A stretch of DNA of 64,000 nt. Origin: Patescibacteria group bacterium (GTDB lineage Bacteria; Patescibacteriota; Microgenomatia; UBA10105; UBA927). A program made the position numbers and the translations under genes. The stretch lies in the NCBI GenBank assembly GCA_049322955.1, contig JBMOPU010000012.1, positions 886,186 to 950,185 on the forward strand. The letters are read 5' to 3'. Under the pieces are notes generated by a model. That model worked only from the letters and a program-made list of their open reading frames with translations, searched no databases and was not told where the DNA came from. Shown piece after piece: positions 48,854 to 59,380 of this stretch (position 1 is the stretch's first letter; the number at the start of each line of letters is the position of its first letter).

Positions 48854-49774
48854 TTATGAAGGAAAAATCGAACTATCGCGGCGCCGCCAATGACGGGAAG
48901 CACGCAATCTGCTTTTATACAGAGCCGGAAACATACGAAATATCATGGCATAACCATACACCATTGCGGTGTCCCCGACAATCGCCGCCTGCACCAATCG
49001 AACGGGCATCCATAGACAATGCATGAGCCAAAGGGAAACGTCGGAGATGTTTTTCCAGAGAAATAAAAACTGGTTTCTATACACGATCCGTTTCACCGTT
49101 TCGGGAGTATAAGAGGTTTTAATCGCCCCTTCTTCATGAAAATGGTCCACAATACTTTTCGGTTCAAAGCGAATGGCATACCCCGCCTTGAGTATCTGAT
49201 ACGAAAGATCGATGTCTTCCCAATAAAACGGATTATAGATCGTATCCATACCGCCTAAGGTGTTCCATACGCTTCTTCTATACGCGGCGCTTCCGCCCGA
49301 TACCCAAGCGGTATCGGTCTTTGTCACCTCACCCTTTGCGTGGATAAAAAAGCCTTTTTCCCACCGGGCTATGCCCCTCCCGCGAAGTACGACCTCGTTT
49401 TTTTCATGACTTTTTTCCAAACACCCGACGGCGGCCAGCGTATCGTCCGCGGCAAATGCCGCAAGAAGCGGAGCCAGGAAATCTTTTTGGGGACGCACGT
49501 CGGTATTGAGTAAAACGACGATATCCCCGGTCGCTTTCGCAACGCCGCTATTGACGTTTCCGGCAAATCCTCTCTGTTTTTTGTTTTCGACCCGCACAAT
49601 CCCGGGGAATTCCTTTGCTAACACCCCTATCGAGTCATCGACGGAAGCGTCATCGGCAACGACAATTTCGGCGCCGTTTGCCGCCGCAATTACCGCGGGA
49701 AGATTTTTCCGAAGCAGTTTCGCCCCGTTCCAGTTGGGAATGACGATGCTTACCGAAAGTCGTGATGTTGTCAT
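48854..49774 (-). CDS. glycosyltransferase family 2
   Basis: VSIVIPNWNG ... EIVVADDASVDDS ... LLNTDV. Confidence 0.8.
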   Translation of the reverse strand: MTTSRLSVSIVIPNWNGAKLLRKNLPAVIAAANGAEIVVADDASVDDSIGVLAKEFPGIVRVENKKQRGFAGNVNSGVAKATGDIVVLLNTDVRPQKDFLAPLLAAFAADDTLAAVGCLEKSHEKNEVVLRGRGIARWEKGFFIHAKGEVTKTDTAWVSGGSAAYRRSVWNTLGGMDTIYNPFYWEDIDLSYQILKAGYAIRFEPKSIVDHFHEEGAIKTSYTPETVKRIVYRNQFLFLWKNISDVSLWLMHCLWMPVRLVQAAIVGDTAMVYGYAMIFRMFPALYKSRLRASRHWRRRDSSIFPS

Positions 49775-49775
49775 A

Positions 49776-52016
49776 TCAGCGATACGATAGGGTTATCCGA
49801 TGCGTACCTTCAGGAACCGTCACGCCCATAAAAAGGTAATTTACCGGATATATCCGTAGTTTTTTTCCGCCATCAATTGTAGCAGACCATCGAGTGTCGT
49901 AGCGATTGAGAATCGTCAGGATTCTTCTGTTTGCCGTCGTCGTTCTTACCGTCATGGATTCATTGCGATAATTTTCTATCGTTACCGATTCGTCGCCGGA
50001 AAGCGGTGCGGACAATATGCGCTCGGATCCGTCATATACCGCCCGTCGGAGCGTCGATTCCTCAAAGAGAAGCGGGATGATATCATCTGTTTTTGCTTCT
50101 TTCACTTCCTCCGCCAGATAGACACGGGGCAACGCGTTACGATACTCGTACACCCGCGTGTCCCCTTCACGAAACACTTCGCGAAGGAACGGCTTTGTTA
50201 CCTCGGTAAGCGACAACACATACCGAACGTTAAAATATGGCAAAAGCACGGAATCGATCGTATGAGCGGTATAGATCCGATGAAACCCTGAGACTGCGGT
50301 GGGGTCATACTTGCCACGCTCGCTTGCGGAAAGAAAACGGTCATACCGAAGCGGAGCCATGGGATCATAGCCTTCAATAGACTCGATACCGTAGTAGGCG
50401 CCGGCATTCGGAGGAAGGATACGATCGTCAAGGCTCATGACCCGAAACGGTTTTTGCTGACGGGTCAAAAATTCTATTGTCTTGGTTGTCGGGAAGAAAT
50501 ATTCCCCCGGGGTGAACGGGGTAAATTTCCAACCGAATCGGAAAAGATCAACCACGCATACCGTAAAAACGGCTAGGCCGAGAACGGTACGGATTCCTTT
50601 TGCCCGTATGGTGTGATACAGGAAAAGCAAGGCAATACCGGCAATATATAATACCGTCGGAAGCACGATATTCCGCTTTGAAACGGCAAGATTTTCCGGG
50701 GTGATATGCAGTATTGTTTCAAATACTTTGCCATATACACCGATCCAAAGAAGCCCGATACTTCCCCCTATAAAAATCGCACTTATCAAAACCCGTCGTG
50801 ATTTTCCCATCATAAAATGCCGTGCGCCGTATGCCGTAAGGACCGCAAGACAAAGGGAAACAAGCGCCATCAGACGTGTCGGTTGCAACACCGAAAACAC
50901 CGGAATTTGGAGTTGAAAAGGGAACTTGCTCAACGGATGAGGAAGCATGAAAAACAATGCGGCAAACAATATCGACGAAAAAAAGCGGGGTTCGCCGGGA
51001 AGAAATAGGGCGCTTAACGCCAACAGTAACGGAACCATTCCGATATACCCCACAAATTCCCCGTAATTCCACTCTCCCCAGTAATTGAGCGTTGCGGGAT
51101 TTCCGAAAAAATCAGGAGCGATAAATTGGATGATATGCTCCCACGGCATAAACCATCCGGGATTTTTCCAGGCCGAAACTTCCGTCCCTCTTGCGGACTG
51201 AGAAAAAAATCCGATGAACGGTTGCCATTGCGGCAGAGTAATCAGGAGAATAACGGCTCCCGCGATAAGGAGCGCACGATACCGTTTCCCGTAATGCGGT
51301 GAATTCCATTGCCATAGGGCGTAGCATACGGCAAAAATTCCGCCGTACAGCGCGATTTGCATATGTCCTCCGAAAAGCATCATGCTCGCGGCCAAAACGA
51401 TAAGCACAATCGGGTGCACCCGTTGTTTTTTTTCGGCGGCCAGCAAATCGAGTCCCAGGAGCATAAGCGGAATCCAAAGGGCGGTGTGAACTATGGTCCC
51501 CCACGTAAGCCATGCGACACTAAATCCTCCGAATGCCCACGCGAGCGCGCCAAGCAGAGATGCCCCTGTCCCCAGTCCTCTGCGGGCAAGATAAAGGTAG
51601 GCAAAAAGGAGCATCAACACCGGTTGAACGGTAATCAGCAGTGTCCAGGCGGAAGGAAAATCAGTCACAAAAAAAAGCAAATTAAACGGGTAAAAGGGCG
51701 CCGCTTGAATATTTGCATCCAACGGAACGCCGGCAAACGAATACGGATTAAGTTTCGGCACCGTTCCCTGTTTCCATGCATCAATAACCGTTTTTTTCCA
51801 GGGTATCTGCTGACGGACGGGATCGGTAATCAAAAAGTTTTTATAGGGAACTCCGCGCGGATTTGTATCCGCATACAGATCCCGCCAGGGATGATACAGA
51901 CCGACGAGGGTATCCGTCGGAACGGGTAATTTTCTATGAAGAATCGTCGGATAAAAAAACACCGATGCGAGACCGACGCATACGGCAACCACTATCCAAA
52001 AATGAACCCGCTTCAT
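49776..52016 (-). CDS. YfhO-family GT-C membrane glycosyltransferase
   Basis: YHPWRD...IPWKKTVIDAWKQGTVPKLNPYSFAGVPLDANIQAAPFYPF and C-terminal YDTRWSATIDGG...VPEGTHRITLSY. Confidence 0.75.
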   Translation of the reverse strand: MKRVHFWIVVAVCVGLASVFFYPTILHRKLPVPTDTLVGLYHPWRDLYADTNPRGVPYKNFLITDPVRQQIPWKKTVIDAWKQGTVPKLNPYSFAGVPLDANIQAAPFYPFNLLFFVTDFPSAWTLLITVQPVLMLLFAYLYLARRGLGTGASLLGALAWAFGGFSVAWLTWGTIVHTALWIPLMLLGLDLLAAEKKQRVHPIVLIVLAASMMLFGGHMQIALYGGIFAVCYALWQWNSPHYGKRYRALLIAGAVILLITLPQWQPFIGFFSQSARGTEVSAWKNPGWFMPWEHIIQFIAPDFFGNPATLNYWGEWNYGEFVGYIGMVPLLLALSALFLPGEPRFFSSILFAALFFMLPHPLSKFPFQLQIPVFSVLQPTRLMALVSLCLAVLTAYGARHFMMGKSRRVLISAIFIGGSIGLLWIGVYGKVFETILHITPENLAVSKRNIVLPTVLYIAGIALLFLYHTIRAKGIRTVLGLAVFTVCVVDLFRFGWKFTPFTPGEYFFPTTKTIEFLTRQQKPFRVMSLDDRILPPNAGAYYGIESIEGYDPMAPLRYDRFLSASERGKYDPTAVSGFHRIYTAHTIDSVLLPYFNVRYVLSLTEVTKPFLREVFREGDTRVYEYRNALPRVYLAEEVKEAKTDDIIPLLFEESTLRRAVYDGSERILSAPLSGDESVTIENYRNESMTVRTTTANRRILTILNRYDTRWSATIDGGKKLRIYPVNYLFMGVTVPEGTHRITLSYR

Positions 52017-52019
52017 AGA

Positions 52020-53072
52020 TTATTTCTCCCATCCCGCAATCAGCGCATCAAACGCACGGGTAAATTCCGCGTCACTAAAATCCTTGGCTTTTGCAATTCC
52101 CTTACCCGCCATTGATTGCATGGTTTTTTTATCGTCGATGAGCGCTTTGGTGAAACGGACTAATTCTTCCGGCGTATGCCATACACGACCGGTTACGCCG
52201 TCTTGGACAATCTCCAGTTGTCCGCCCGCGGCATACACAAGCGGAACAATACCCGCACTCATCGCCTCGGCGGTGGTTATCCCGAAATGTTCCATGTTCA
52301 CGGGATCGGTTACCCCGAATCCCGCGGCATGCCAATAAAACTGACTCGTCTGATACAGTGCAAGCAGTTCATCGTTGGTTATATTCGGGCAAAGCATAAC
52401 CGGGGTATTTTTCACCTTTTCACTCAGACGGGCAAAATATGCCTCATCGGACGGAATAAGCCCGCCCGCGAGCACTAACTGCCACCCTTTCAATAGATCG
52501 GACCGGTATCCGTCAAGAAACGCATCAATAAGCACGTCCTGTTTTTTTGCCTGGAAATATCCGGTAAATCTCCCCACCGAAAGTATCTGCTGTTTCCGCT
52601 TCCTGTTATGCCCGGGCGGCACCTGTTGAACGGGAGGATAAATTACCACCGCTTTTTCCCCTATCTGCGCATCCAACTGGTTCTTGGTAAATTCCGAATT
52701 GCATACGACGGCGTCATATCGACGCATTTTCCACGGATCAACAAGTACGGAGGCAAACGGCACCTGGAAGTGCAAAATATTATGTCTCGCCAATGTCCCG
52801 GGGATGCTTCCGTCACTCAGGAAAAAAATCAGATCATACTTTCGTGATTGCCAGAGTTTTTCAAAAATGTTGCCGTTTTTAAAAATATTCGGAACAACTT
52901 GAATACCCGACAGATCCAAACCGAATCGTTTTTCAGACTGGCTTATTATTTTCGGATCATCCCAAAACAGGGAAACCTGATGTTTTTTTGCCCAGTGGCT
53001 TGCAAGCGTCAGCGTGTATCGCTCGCCGCCGCCGAGACCGTCAAAGTAAGGATTATAAAACCCGATCTTCAT
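52020..53072 (-). CDS. glycosyltransferase family 4
   Basis: FGITTAEAMSAGIVPLV GT-B motif. Start trimmed to MKIGFYNPY, giving an ATGA overlap. Confidence 0.8.
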   Translation of the reverse strand: MKIGFYNPYFDGLGGGERYTLTLASHWAKKHQVSLFWDDPKIISQSEKRFGLDLSGIQVVPNIFKNGNIFEKLWQSRKYDLIFFLSDGSIPGTLARHNILHFQVPFASVLVDPWKMRRYDAVVCNSEFTKNQLDAQIGEKAVVIYPPVQQVPPGHNRKRKQQILSVGRFTGYFQAKKQDVLIDAFLDGYRSDLLKGWQLVLAGGLIPSDEAYFARLSEKVKNTPVMLCPNITNDELLALYQTSQFYWHAAGFGVTDPVNMEHFGITTAEAMSAGIVPLVYAAGGQLEIVQDGVTGRVWHTPEELVRFTKALIDDKKTMQSMAGKGIAKAKDFSDAEFTRAFDALIAGWEK

Positions 53073-55375
53073 TTTTTTGCCTTTCTGCGGAACATGAGAC
53101 CTAATCCTAGTGTAGCAAATCCGCTTACGATAGATCCCCACCATATATACGACGGCATATAGTGCATGCGCACCGTATGCGTACCCGCGGGAACGGCGAT
53201 CGCCCGAAACGCATAATCCGCACGATAGACGGGGGTTTTTATTCCGTCAACGGCCGCATGCCATCCCCTGTCATAGGCGTCGGAAAGGAAAAGAAGCGCG
53301 TCAGATGAGGTTTCAACGCCGATGATCACTTCATTGGGCGTGTAGGAAAGGATTGTCGCACTTCCCGTTCCGGGCTTCGGCGTAAGATGCGGCGTCGTTT
53401 CAAGGACCAGCGTACTCCGTCGATCCATCCCCTCCTTATACAACATATCGAGAACGGGCTGGTCGCCCGTTGCCGAGACAAACGAATACGCCAAAAATGC
53501 GCGGGGGTAACTTTCGGTGTTTTCGAGAATTTCAAAATGCTCATCCTCCCAGACGCGGTTGTAAGCGGGATATTCCCAAAACGGATATGCCCACGGAAGT
53601 CTGCCGTCGCTTTTTTTATGGAAATAATATCGCACCCCGAGAAGATTCAGCATGTCTTGGCTGTACTTGCCGTGTTTGTCAAAAACGACGACCGACCGGT
53701 CCACGGGACGCAGTATGCCTTCGCTGACGGATCCTATGAGCTTTCCGTATCGGTAACTATAGACCGCATCGTATCCCTCGATAAGCGGGATACCGAACGC
53801 AGAGCCCACTTCATTGCCGATGTTGCCGAATGCACGCGTATAACGTTGCCCGGTAAGACGTCGTAACTGTGTGATCGCGGGAACCTCAGGATACACCAGC
53901 GACTGCGGATCAAAGGGCATCCATTTTGCCGTAAAGCGATACATATCCACTCCCGTGATGAGCACAAATACCAACGGCAGGAGCCTAACAACCTTTCCGG
54001 AAAACATGATGCCCGACACAACAACCGCCATCCACAGGACGGCAAATCCCGTGGGAAGGGCAAGATTACGCATGGCGATGGCGAGTTTATCGGACGGAAG
54101 CGGCCGCGCGATGATAAGCGTCCCCCACAACACGAGCAACACGCCTCCCACACCGAGCACGCTCCCTATCAGCGTTTTTTTATTTCGTTTTGCCCACCAG
54201 TTCCGTACGGTATCCGTACCGTACGCGGAAAGCACGGCAAGGGAAAAACTCGCCAGAATGATGATCCGTGACGCGGAGCTTGTCGATAAGACCGGAATTT
54301 TGAGGAAGAACAAAAGATCAACAAGCGGTGTCTGGTATGCAAAAAGTAACGGAAGCACCGACATCACCGCAAAGAACCGCACCTCGCGAAGCCGTCTTCC
54401 GAAGACGGCGGCTATGACCGCAAAAAACAGCGGGGCTACGCCGACATATCCGGCCCATTCCGCATAGTGACCGAACCAATCGTTTCTTGTTACGGGATTG
54501 CCGTAAAAGTCAGGGGCAAGGAGCGTGGGGAAATATTGCCACGGAATCACTTCTCCCTTGATAAATAGCGTACTGCGCACCGCTTCCGTATAGGCTATAA
54601 AACCGGAAAAAATTTGCGGGGCGGCAATAAGTACCCCCGCCAATACGGCAAAAACCGCTCCGGGTACTTTGTGCCTATTCGTTTTATCAAACCATACAAG
54701 CACACAATACCCCAAAACATACAACAGTACGTACAGACTCATTTGAAAATGCCCGGAAAGAAACGAAAGTGCTATCGCTCCGGCGACAAGGAAACCTCCC
54801 GACCGGTATGCGGTGCCGATCAGGAGATCTATACCCAACAGCGCATACGGAAGGAATAACACGGCATACCCTAACGTCCCGTACGCCATCCATACGGTCA
54901 TAAATCCGCAGAACATAAATGCGATGCTTCCGATCAGCCGAGCTTCGACGCTTAAGGCTCGCCGTGACAGGAAAAGATACATACCCGCACCCGCAAGCAG
55001 AGGCTGGAGCAAAATCATCAGGCTCCATGCGAGTTTTTCCGGAAACAAAAATAACAGATTAACGGGGGAAAACACCGCCGTTTGATACGTCCCTACATGG
55101 CTGGTTCCCGAAAAACTGTACGGATTCCACAGAGGAAGTTGTCCCTGTTTCCACGAAGAGACGGTCAACCGCTTCCAGGGATAGATCTGGGTAATGACGT
55201 CAGGCATCGCATTATTTTTCACCGGCATCGCATACGTCGCCGCCCAGGGGGTAAAAAACGTGGCAAGGTAACTCCCGGGAAACGGCATGTTGCCCGAAAG
55301 AATCGGTGCCCCCAAAAGACCGGTGAGAAACAGAATGACACCGAAAGGCAAAAATCGATGTAACAGTTTATTCAT
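53069..55375 (-). CDS. YfhO-family GT-C membrane glycosyltransferase
   Basis: IYPWKRLTVSSWKQGQLPLWNPYSFSGTSHVGTYQTAVFSPV and C-terminal YDRGWHAAVDGI...VPAGTHTVRMHYMP then a TM anchor. I verified the start ATG at 55375 (MNKLLHRF). Confidence 0.75.
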   Translation of the reverse strand: MNKLLHRFLPFGVILFLTGLLGAPILSGNMPFPGSYLATFFTPWAATYAMPVKNNAMPDVITQIYPWKRLTVSSWKQGQLPLWNPYSFSGTSHVGTYQTAVFSPVNLLFLFPEKLAWSLMILLQPLLAGAGMYLFLSRRALSVEARLIGSIAFMFCGFMTVWMAYGTLGYAVLFLPYALLGIDLLIGTAYRSGGFLVAGAIALSFLSGHFQMSLYVLLYVLGYCVLVWFDKTNRHKVPGAVFAVLAGVLIAAPQIFSGFIAYTEAVRSTLFIKGEVIPWQYFPTLLAPDFYGNPVTRNDWFGHYAEWAGYVGVAPLFFAVIAAVFGRRLREVRFFAVMSVLPLLFAYQTPLVDLLFFLKIPVLSTSSASRIIILASFSLAVLSAYGTDTVRNWWAKRNKKTLIGSVLGVGGVLLVLWGTLIIARPLPSDKLAIAMRNLALPTGFAVLWMAVVVSGIMFSGKVVRLLPLVFVLITGVDMYRFTAKWMPFDPQSLVYPEVPAITQLRRLTGQRYTRAFGNIGNEVGSAFGIPLIEGYDAVYSYRYGKLIGSVSEGILRPVDRSVVVFDKHGKYSQDMLNLLGVRYYFHKKSDGRLPWAYPFWEYPAYNRVWEDEHFEILENTESYPRAFLAYSFVSATGDQPVLDMLYKEGMDRRSTLVLETTPHLTPKPGTGSATILSYTPNEVIIGVETSSDALLFLSDAYDRGWHAAVDGIKTPVYRADYAFRAIAVPAGTHTVRMHYMPSYIWWGSIVSGFATLGLGLMFRRKAKK

Positions 55376-56135
55376 GCGACTTTTTTTGCTGTAATTCCCA
55401 CAACTTCGCATACGTGATAAACAAGCTAAAGCCCTGATAGATGCTTTCGATCCATCCGACCGTACCGGCACGCCATCCGCCGAGTGTGAAAAACGAATGG
55501 AAAAAGCCCGTAAGGGTAACGCGGATCATGCGCCACCAGGTCATGGCAGGATGACGGGCGACAAAACGCAACTCGGCTTCCGTTTCACTCCACTCATTTG
55601 TTTTATCGACCATTTCCGCAAGCGTCCGATGCGTATCATGGAGAAGCTCTCCTTCCAGTCGCGCCACTTTCCCTTCAATACGCGCCGTTTCATGAAGTTC
55701 TCCTTCCCACCCGCGAAATGCCGAAACCCGAAACAGCCTCAGCATCCATTCACCTCCCGGCCATGGGTGCCCCAGATAGTAGTTTTTCCGATACAGCTCG
55801 TAGCCGGCAATCGGGGTTTCATTTTTCCCCGAAAGCACGGCTTCTATCGCCCGTGCCAGTGTCGGGGTCACCATCTCATCGGCATCAACAGAAAGCACCC
55901 ACGCACCCGATACATACTTCATCGCATGATTGCGAAGCGTCGCAAACCCTTCATGACGCACCGTAATCACCCGTGCCCCCGCGTGTTTTGCGACAATTGC
56001 GGTCTCGTCTGAGGAGCCGTTGTCTATAACGATAATTTCTCCCAAGTCGCCCAAGGCACCGATACACCCACCGATACGCGGTGCTTCGTTTCTGGCGACA
56101 ATAACGATACTAAGCGTTTGTTTTTTTCGGTTCAT
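55368..56135 (-). CDS. glycosyltransferase family 2
   Basis: LSIVIVARNEAPRIG...EIIVIDNGSSDETA...LSVDADE. Start trimmed to MNRKKQT. Confidence 0.75.
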   Translation of the reverse strand: MNRKKQTLSIVIVARNEAPRIGGCIGALGDLGEIIVIDNGSSDETAIVAKHAGARVITVRHEGFATLRNHAMKYVSGAWVLSVDADEMVTPTLARAIEAVLSGKNETPIAGYELYRKNYYLGHPWPGGEWMLRLFRVSAFRGWEGELHETARIEGKVARLEGELLHDTHRTLAEMVDKTNEWSETEAELRFVARHPAMTWWRMIRVTLTGFFHSFFTLGGWRAGTVGWIESIYQGFSLFITYAKLWELQQKKSHE

Positions 56136-57030
56136 AGCGCATTCCCCACCGCATAAAGAAAAAATCTCCGACGGCCTGCCGTTTTTCCCGGTTTGTTCCG
56201 AAAAGAAACGTACCTCCCTCACGGAGTAAGGCTATTTTCGTCCGGAGGGATGCATACCGCATCCCGAGGAGTAATCGGTTTCTCGTGATGTAATAATCGT
56301 GTATCGGATTACCGGCTCCTCCCGATGAACCCGCGTTGACGTGCCAAATGACCGATGTCGGTTGATACATGAGCCGATACCCCGCTCTCTTTGCGCGAAG
56401 GCAAAAATCCAGATCCTCAAGATAAAGGTAATACGCGTCATCAAGCATACCGACGGATTCGATCACCCGCCGGTCTATCATCATCGAGCAACCCGTCACG
56501 AACGGAGTTTCCGTACGCTGGTCATATTGTCCGTGATCCACTTCGTCAACGCCGCGGTGTGATGCATAGACATTATCCCAATCAACGAGTCCTCCCGCAT
56601 ACCAAAACACGCGACCCCGTTCTTTTTTGGTATAGCGGGATTTGTGAAATTCATGTCCCGGCGCAAAATATATTTTTGAACCGGCAATCCCCACGCTATC
56701 TTCTTCAAACGCATCGAGCAGTGAAAGTGCTTCAGGGTCGACAATCGTATCATTATTGAGTAACCACACATAATCTGCTCCCAGTTTCATCGCATAGGTC
56801 ATACCCACGTTGTTGCCGCCGGTAAAACCGCGGTTCGTATCGAGTTTTAACAAGGTTACCTTCGGAAAATCCCGTGCAAGAATCGCGACGGAATCATCGG
56901 TCGAACCGTTATCCACGACGATCGTGAGCACCTCGACGGTATTGCGGCGAAGTTTTTCAAGCGATCGAAGACACACCGACGTGTCTTTATGGCCGTTCCA
57001 GTTCACGATGACGATGGCAACTTTTTTCAT
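56110..57030 (-). CDS. glycosyltransferase family 2
   Basis: VAIVIVNWNG ... VVDNGSTDDS ... LLNNDT. Confidence 0.8.
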   Translation of the reverse strand: MKKVAIVIVNWNGHKDTSVCLRSLEKLRRNTVEVLTIVVDNGSTDDSVAILARDFPKVTLLKLDTNRGFTGGNNVGMTYAMKLGADYVWLLNNDTIVDPEALSLLDAFEEDSVGIAGSKIYFAPGHEFHKSRYTKKERGRVFWYAGGLVDWDNVYASHRGVDEVDHGQYDQRTETPFVTGCSMMIDRRVIESVGMLDDAYYLYLEDLDFCLRAKRAGYRLMYQPTSVIWHVNAGSSGGAGNPIHDYYITRNRLLLGMRYASLRTKIALLREGGTFLFGTNREKRQAVGDFFFMRWGMRYEPKKTNA

Positions 57031-57032
57031 GG

Positions 57033-57932
57033 TTATTTTCCCAGTTTTCGCGTAATCTTATGACGAAGTTTTCCCAAAACGGATTTTGTTTCCTCGATCC
57101 GCGCGGTACTTATCCAATACGACACCTCTTTTCCCGTTTTTTTCATTTCGGCAATGACCGTTTCGACGGGAATCTCCATATCGACAAACCGTTCACGCTC
57201 CCAAAGCTTTATGAAAATGAGAAAGGAATAGAACGCCTGAAGCAGGGCAAGCACTAATCCGTGCAACCCGTCCTTATACCCTCCCTGGGCAAAATAGAGT
57301 TTGATAAAATCGGAAGCGGGAAAACGGATCGCATCCTGCCACGTGACGGTATATCCCAGAGAAACATATTTCTGCACCTCATTTTCGGTGTACACCCGCT
57401 CCATTTTTTCCAAATACTGTCCGACGCTATCATAGTTATAGTGCGTATAGGGATTTTTGAGCGTGCCGAGCTTTCCTGCAACATCGATATACTCATGGAC
57501 ATGCTTTTGGGGATACTTTCCCGCGCCATTTTTGAAAAGCCGTAACTGAAGATCGGGCCACCATATGCCGTGTTGAATCCACTTGCCGAAAATCATGTTT
57601 TTGCGCGGTATCCAATATCCGTCCGCATCGTCTTGTGAAATTGCGGCGCGTATTTCTTCCGAAAGAGGGAGAGTCACTTCTTCATCGTCATCCAGGCAAA
57701 GAATCCAATCCCCGCTTGCTTTGGAAAAACCGAAATTCTTATTCACGTTCAGCATCAGATTATTCGGTCGCGAAAAAACTTTTGCGCCGAACTTTTTGGC
57801 CACTTGCGACGTGTCGTCGGATGATTCGTTATCGACGACAATAATCTCGTCGGCAAGCTTTTTTACGGAAGCAAGGGTTCTTGCCAGACTTTTTGCCCGG
57901 TTATGGGTACTGATGACGACGGATAGTTTCAT
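57033..57932 (-). CDS. glycosyltransferase family 2
   Basis: LSVVISTHNRAKSL ... EIIVVDNESSDDT ... CLDDDEE. Confidence 0.8.
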   Translation of the reverse strand: MKLSVVISTHNRAKSLARTLASVKKLADEIIVVDNESSDDTSQVAKKFGAKVFSRPNNLMLNVNKNFGFSKASGDWILCLDDDEEVTLPLSEEIRAAISQDDADGYWIPRKNMIFGKWIQHGIWWPDLQLRLFKNGAGKYPQKHVHEYIDVAGKLGTLKNPYTHYNYDSVGQYLEKMERVYTENEVQKYVSLGYTVTWQDAIRFPASDFIKLYFAQGGYKDGLHGLVLALLQAFYSFLIFIKLWERERFVDMEIPVETVIAEMKKTGKEVSYWISTARIEETKSVLGKLRHKITRKLGK

Positions 57933-59380
57933 TGGGTGCTCCTCCTTATCATGCCGACAAATGCGTGTATTTTATTTTTTTCCAAGAAAAAAAGCGTGCC
58001 CGCATAGATCCCCATGCCGATAATTCCCAACAGAACGAGGTATATATAGGTATGCGGCACGACCGTAAGCGACACCCAATAGGAAATCCCCTGCACGACG
58101 GTTGCGATAATAGGCCCTTTGACGTTATCGATAAACGAAAAATCGGCAATCCCTTTCGCCACTCGGATAACGAGAATGATCGACAATGACACGACAAGGA
58201 GCGCAAGAGCGACACCGTTATAACCGAAAAATCGCATGAACAGCAGGGTACATGCCCACGTACCGACCGTCCATCCCACCATAAACGTTAACGTTGTGCG
58301 TATTTTCCCCACGGCATTTAACGCATTCATCAGCGGTGTCGAAAGTGCCGCGATAGCCGAGGAAAAAACAAAAAAGTAAAACGACAAAAGCGCGGGTTCC
58401 CATTTGGCATAGCGGGGTATGAGACCGACCATCGGATGGACAAAAAACAGCAACCCCGTCGATAGCGGCAGAATAGCGGAAGCCAAACCGAACATTGTTT
58501 TATCAATTGCTTTTTCCAGAAGCTTTTTGTCATGTTGGAGCCGTGAATACGTGGGAAACGTCACGCGGATGACGCTATCCATGATAAGCCTCAGCGGAAC
58601 CTCCGCCCATTTTTTCGCCCATCCGATGTATCCTACTTCCGCAAACGGTAAAACCCTACCCAAAAAAACCGTCATAAGATCGTCCTTTAACAGAGCCAAA
58701 AACGAATTCATCTGGAACGGAATACCAAATTTCATCAGCCGCTTTGCGCTTGCCCGGGAGACCGTGAATCGGGGAAACCAAGGCTCAACAATGTACATTG
58801 TGATAAGTCCGACAATCCCCCGCACCAATACCGCCCAGGTGAAACTTGTTATGCCCTGTCCTTTCCAGGCGAGAAAAACGGCCACGCCGTAAAAACCGAG
58901 CGTTTCCACGATATGGGGAATAACCAAACGATCAAAGGAAAGTTTCCGTTCAAGTAATACCGAGGGAATGGTCTTGAGACTCGAAAGAAAGAACGATACG
59001 GCGAGTGCGCGAAACAACCACACTCCCGACGCGTCAAGCCGATAAAACGATGCGATAAATTCGGATAATACCAGACTAATGACAACGAGCGTGAGAACCA
59101 GCGCCTGTTGAATGACAAACGTGGTATTTAAGTCGTCGAGCGTCACCTCATCCTTTTTTTGCACCAATGCGGCGGCCAATCCGATGTCGGAAAAATATCC
59201 CAGGAACGAAATAATCGCGGAAACGACATAAAAAACGCCGAAGACGTCCGGGGTCAAAAAAAGCGTTAATAAAAATGTCGCTCCGAACGCGACTACCTGA
59301 AGGATAAACGTGCGAACGGTGAGGGCCACAACTCCGACAACCGAGCGTTTTTTTATAACCTCCAAATCAATGTCTGGCAT
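57929..59380 (-). CDS. Wzx-type oligosaccharide flippase (MOP superfamily, Polysacc_synt)
   Basis: 483 aa, about 14 TM helices. N-terminal KRSVVGVVALTVRTFILQVVAFGATFLLTLFLTPDVFGVFYVV is typical of Wzx/TagG-like flippases. Confidence 0.8.
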   Translation of the reverse strand: MPDIDLEVIKKRSVVGVVALTVRTFILQVVAFGATFLLTLFLTPDVFGVFYVVSAIISFLGYFSDIGLAAALVQKKDEVTLDDLNTTFVIQQALVLTLVVISLVLSEFIASFYRLDASGVWLFRALAVSFFLSSLKTIPSVLLERKLSFDRLVIPHIVETLGFYGVAVFLAWKGQGITSFTWAVLVRGIVGLITMYIVEPWFPRFTVSRASAKRLMKFGIPFQMNSFLALLKDDLMTVFLGRVLPFAEVGYIGWAKKWAEVPLRLIMDSVIRVTFPTYSRLQHDKKLLEKAIDKTMFGLASAILPLSTGLLFFVHPMVGLIPRYAKWEPALLSFYFFVFSSAIAALSTPLMNALNAVGKIRTTLTFMVGWTVGTWACTLLFMRFFGYNGVALALLVVSLSIILVIRVAKGIADFSFIDNVKGPIIATVVQGISYWVSLTVVPHTYIYLVLLGIIGMGIYAGTLFFLEKNKIHAFVGMIRRSTQ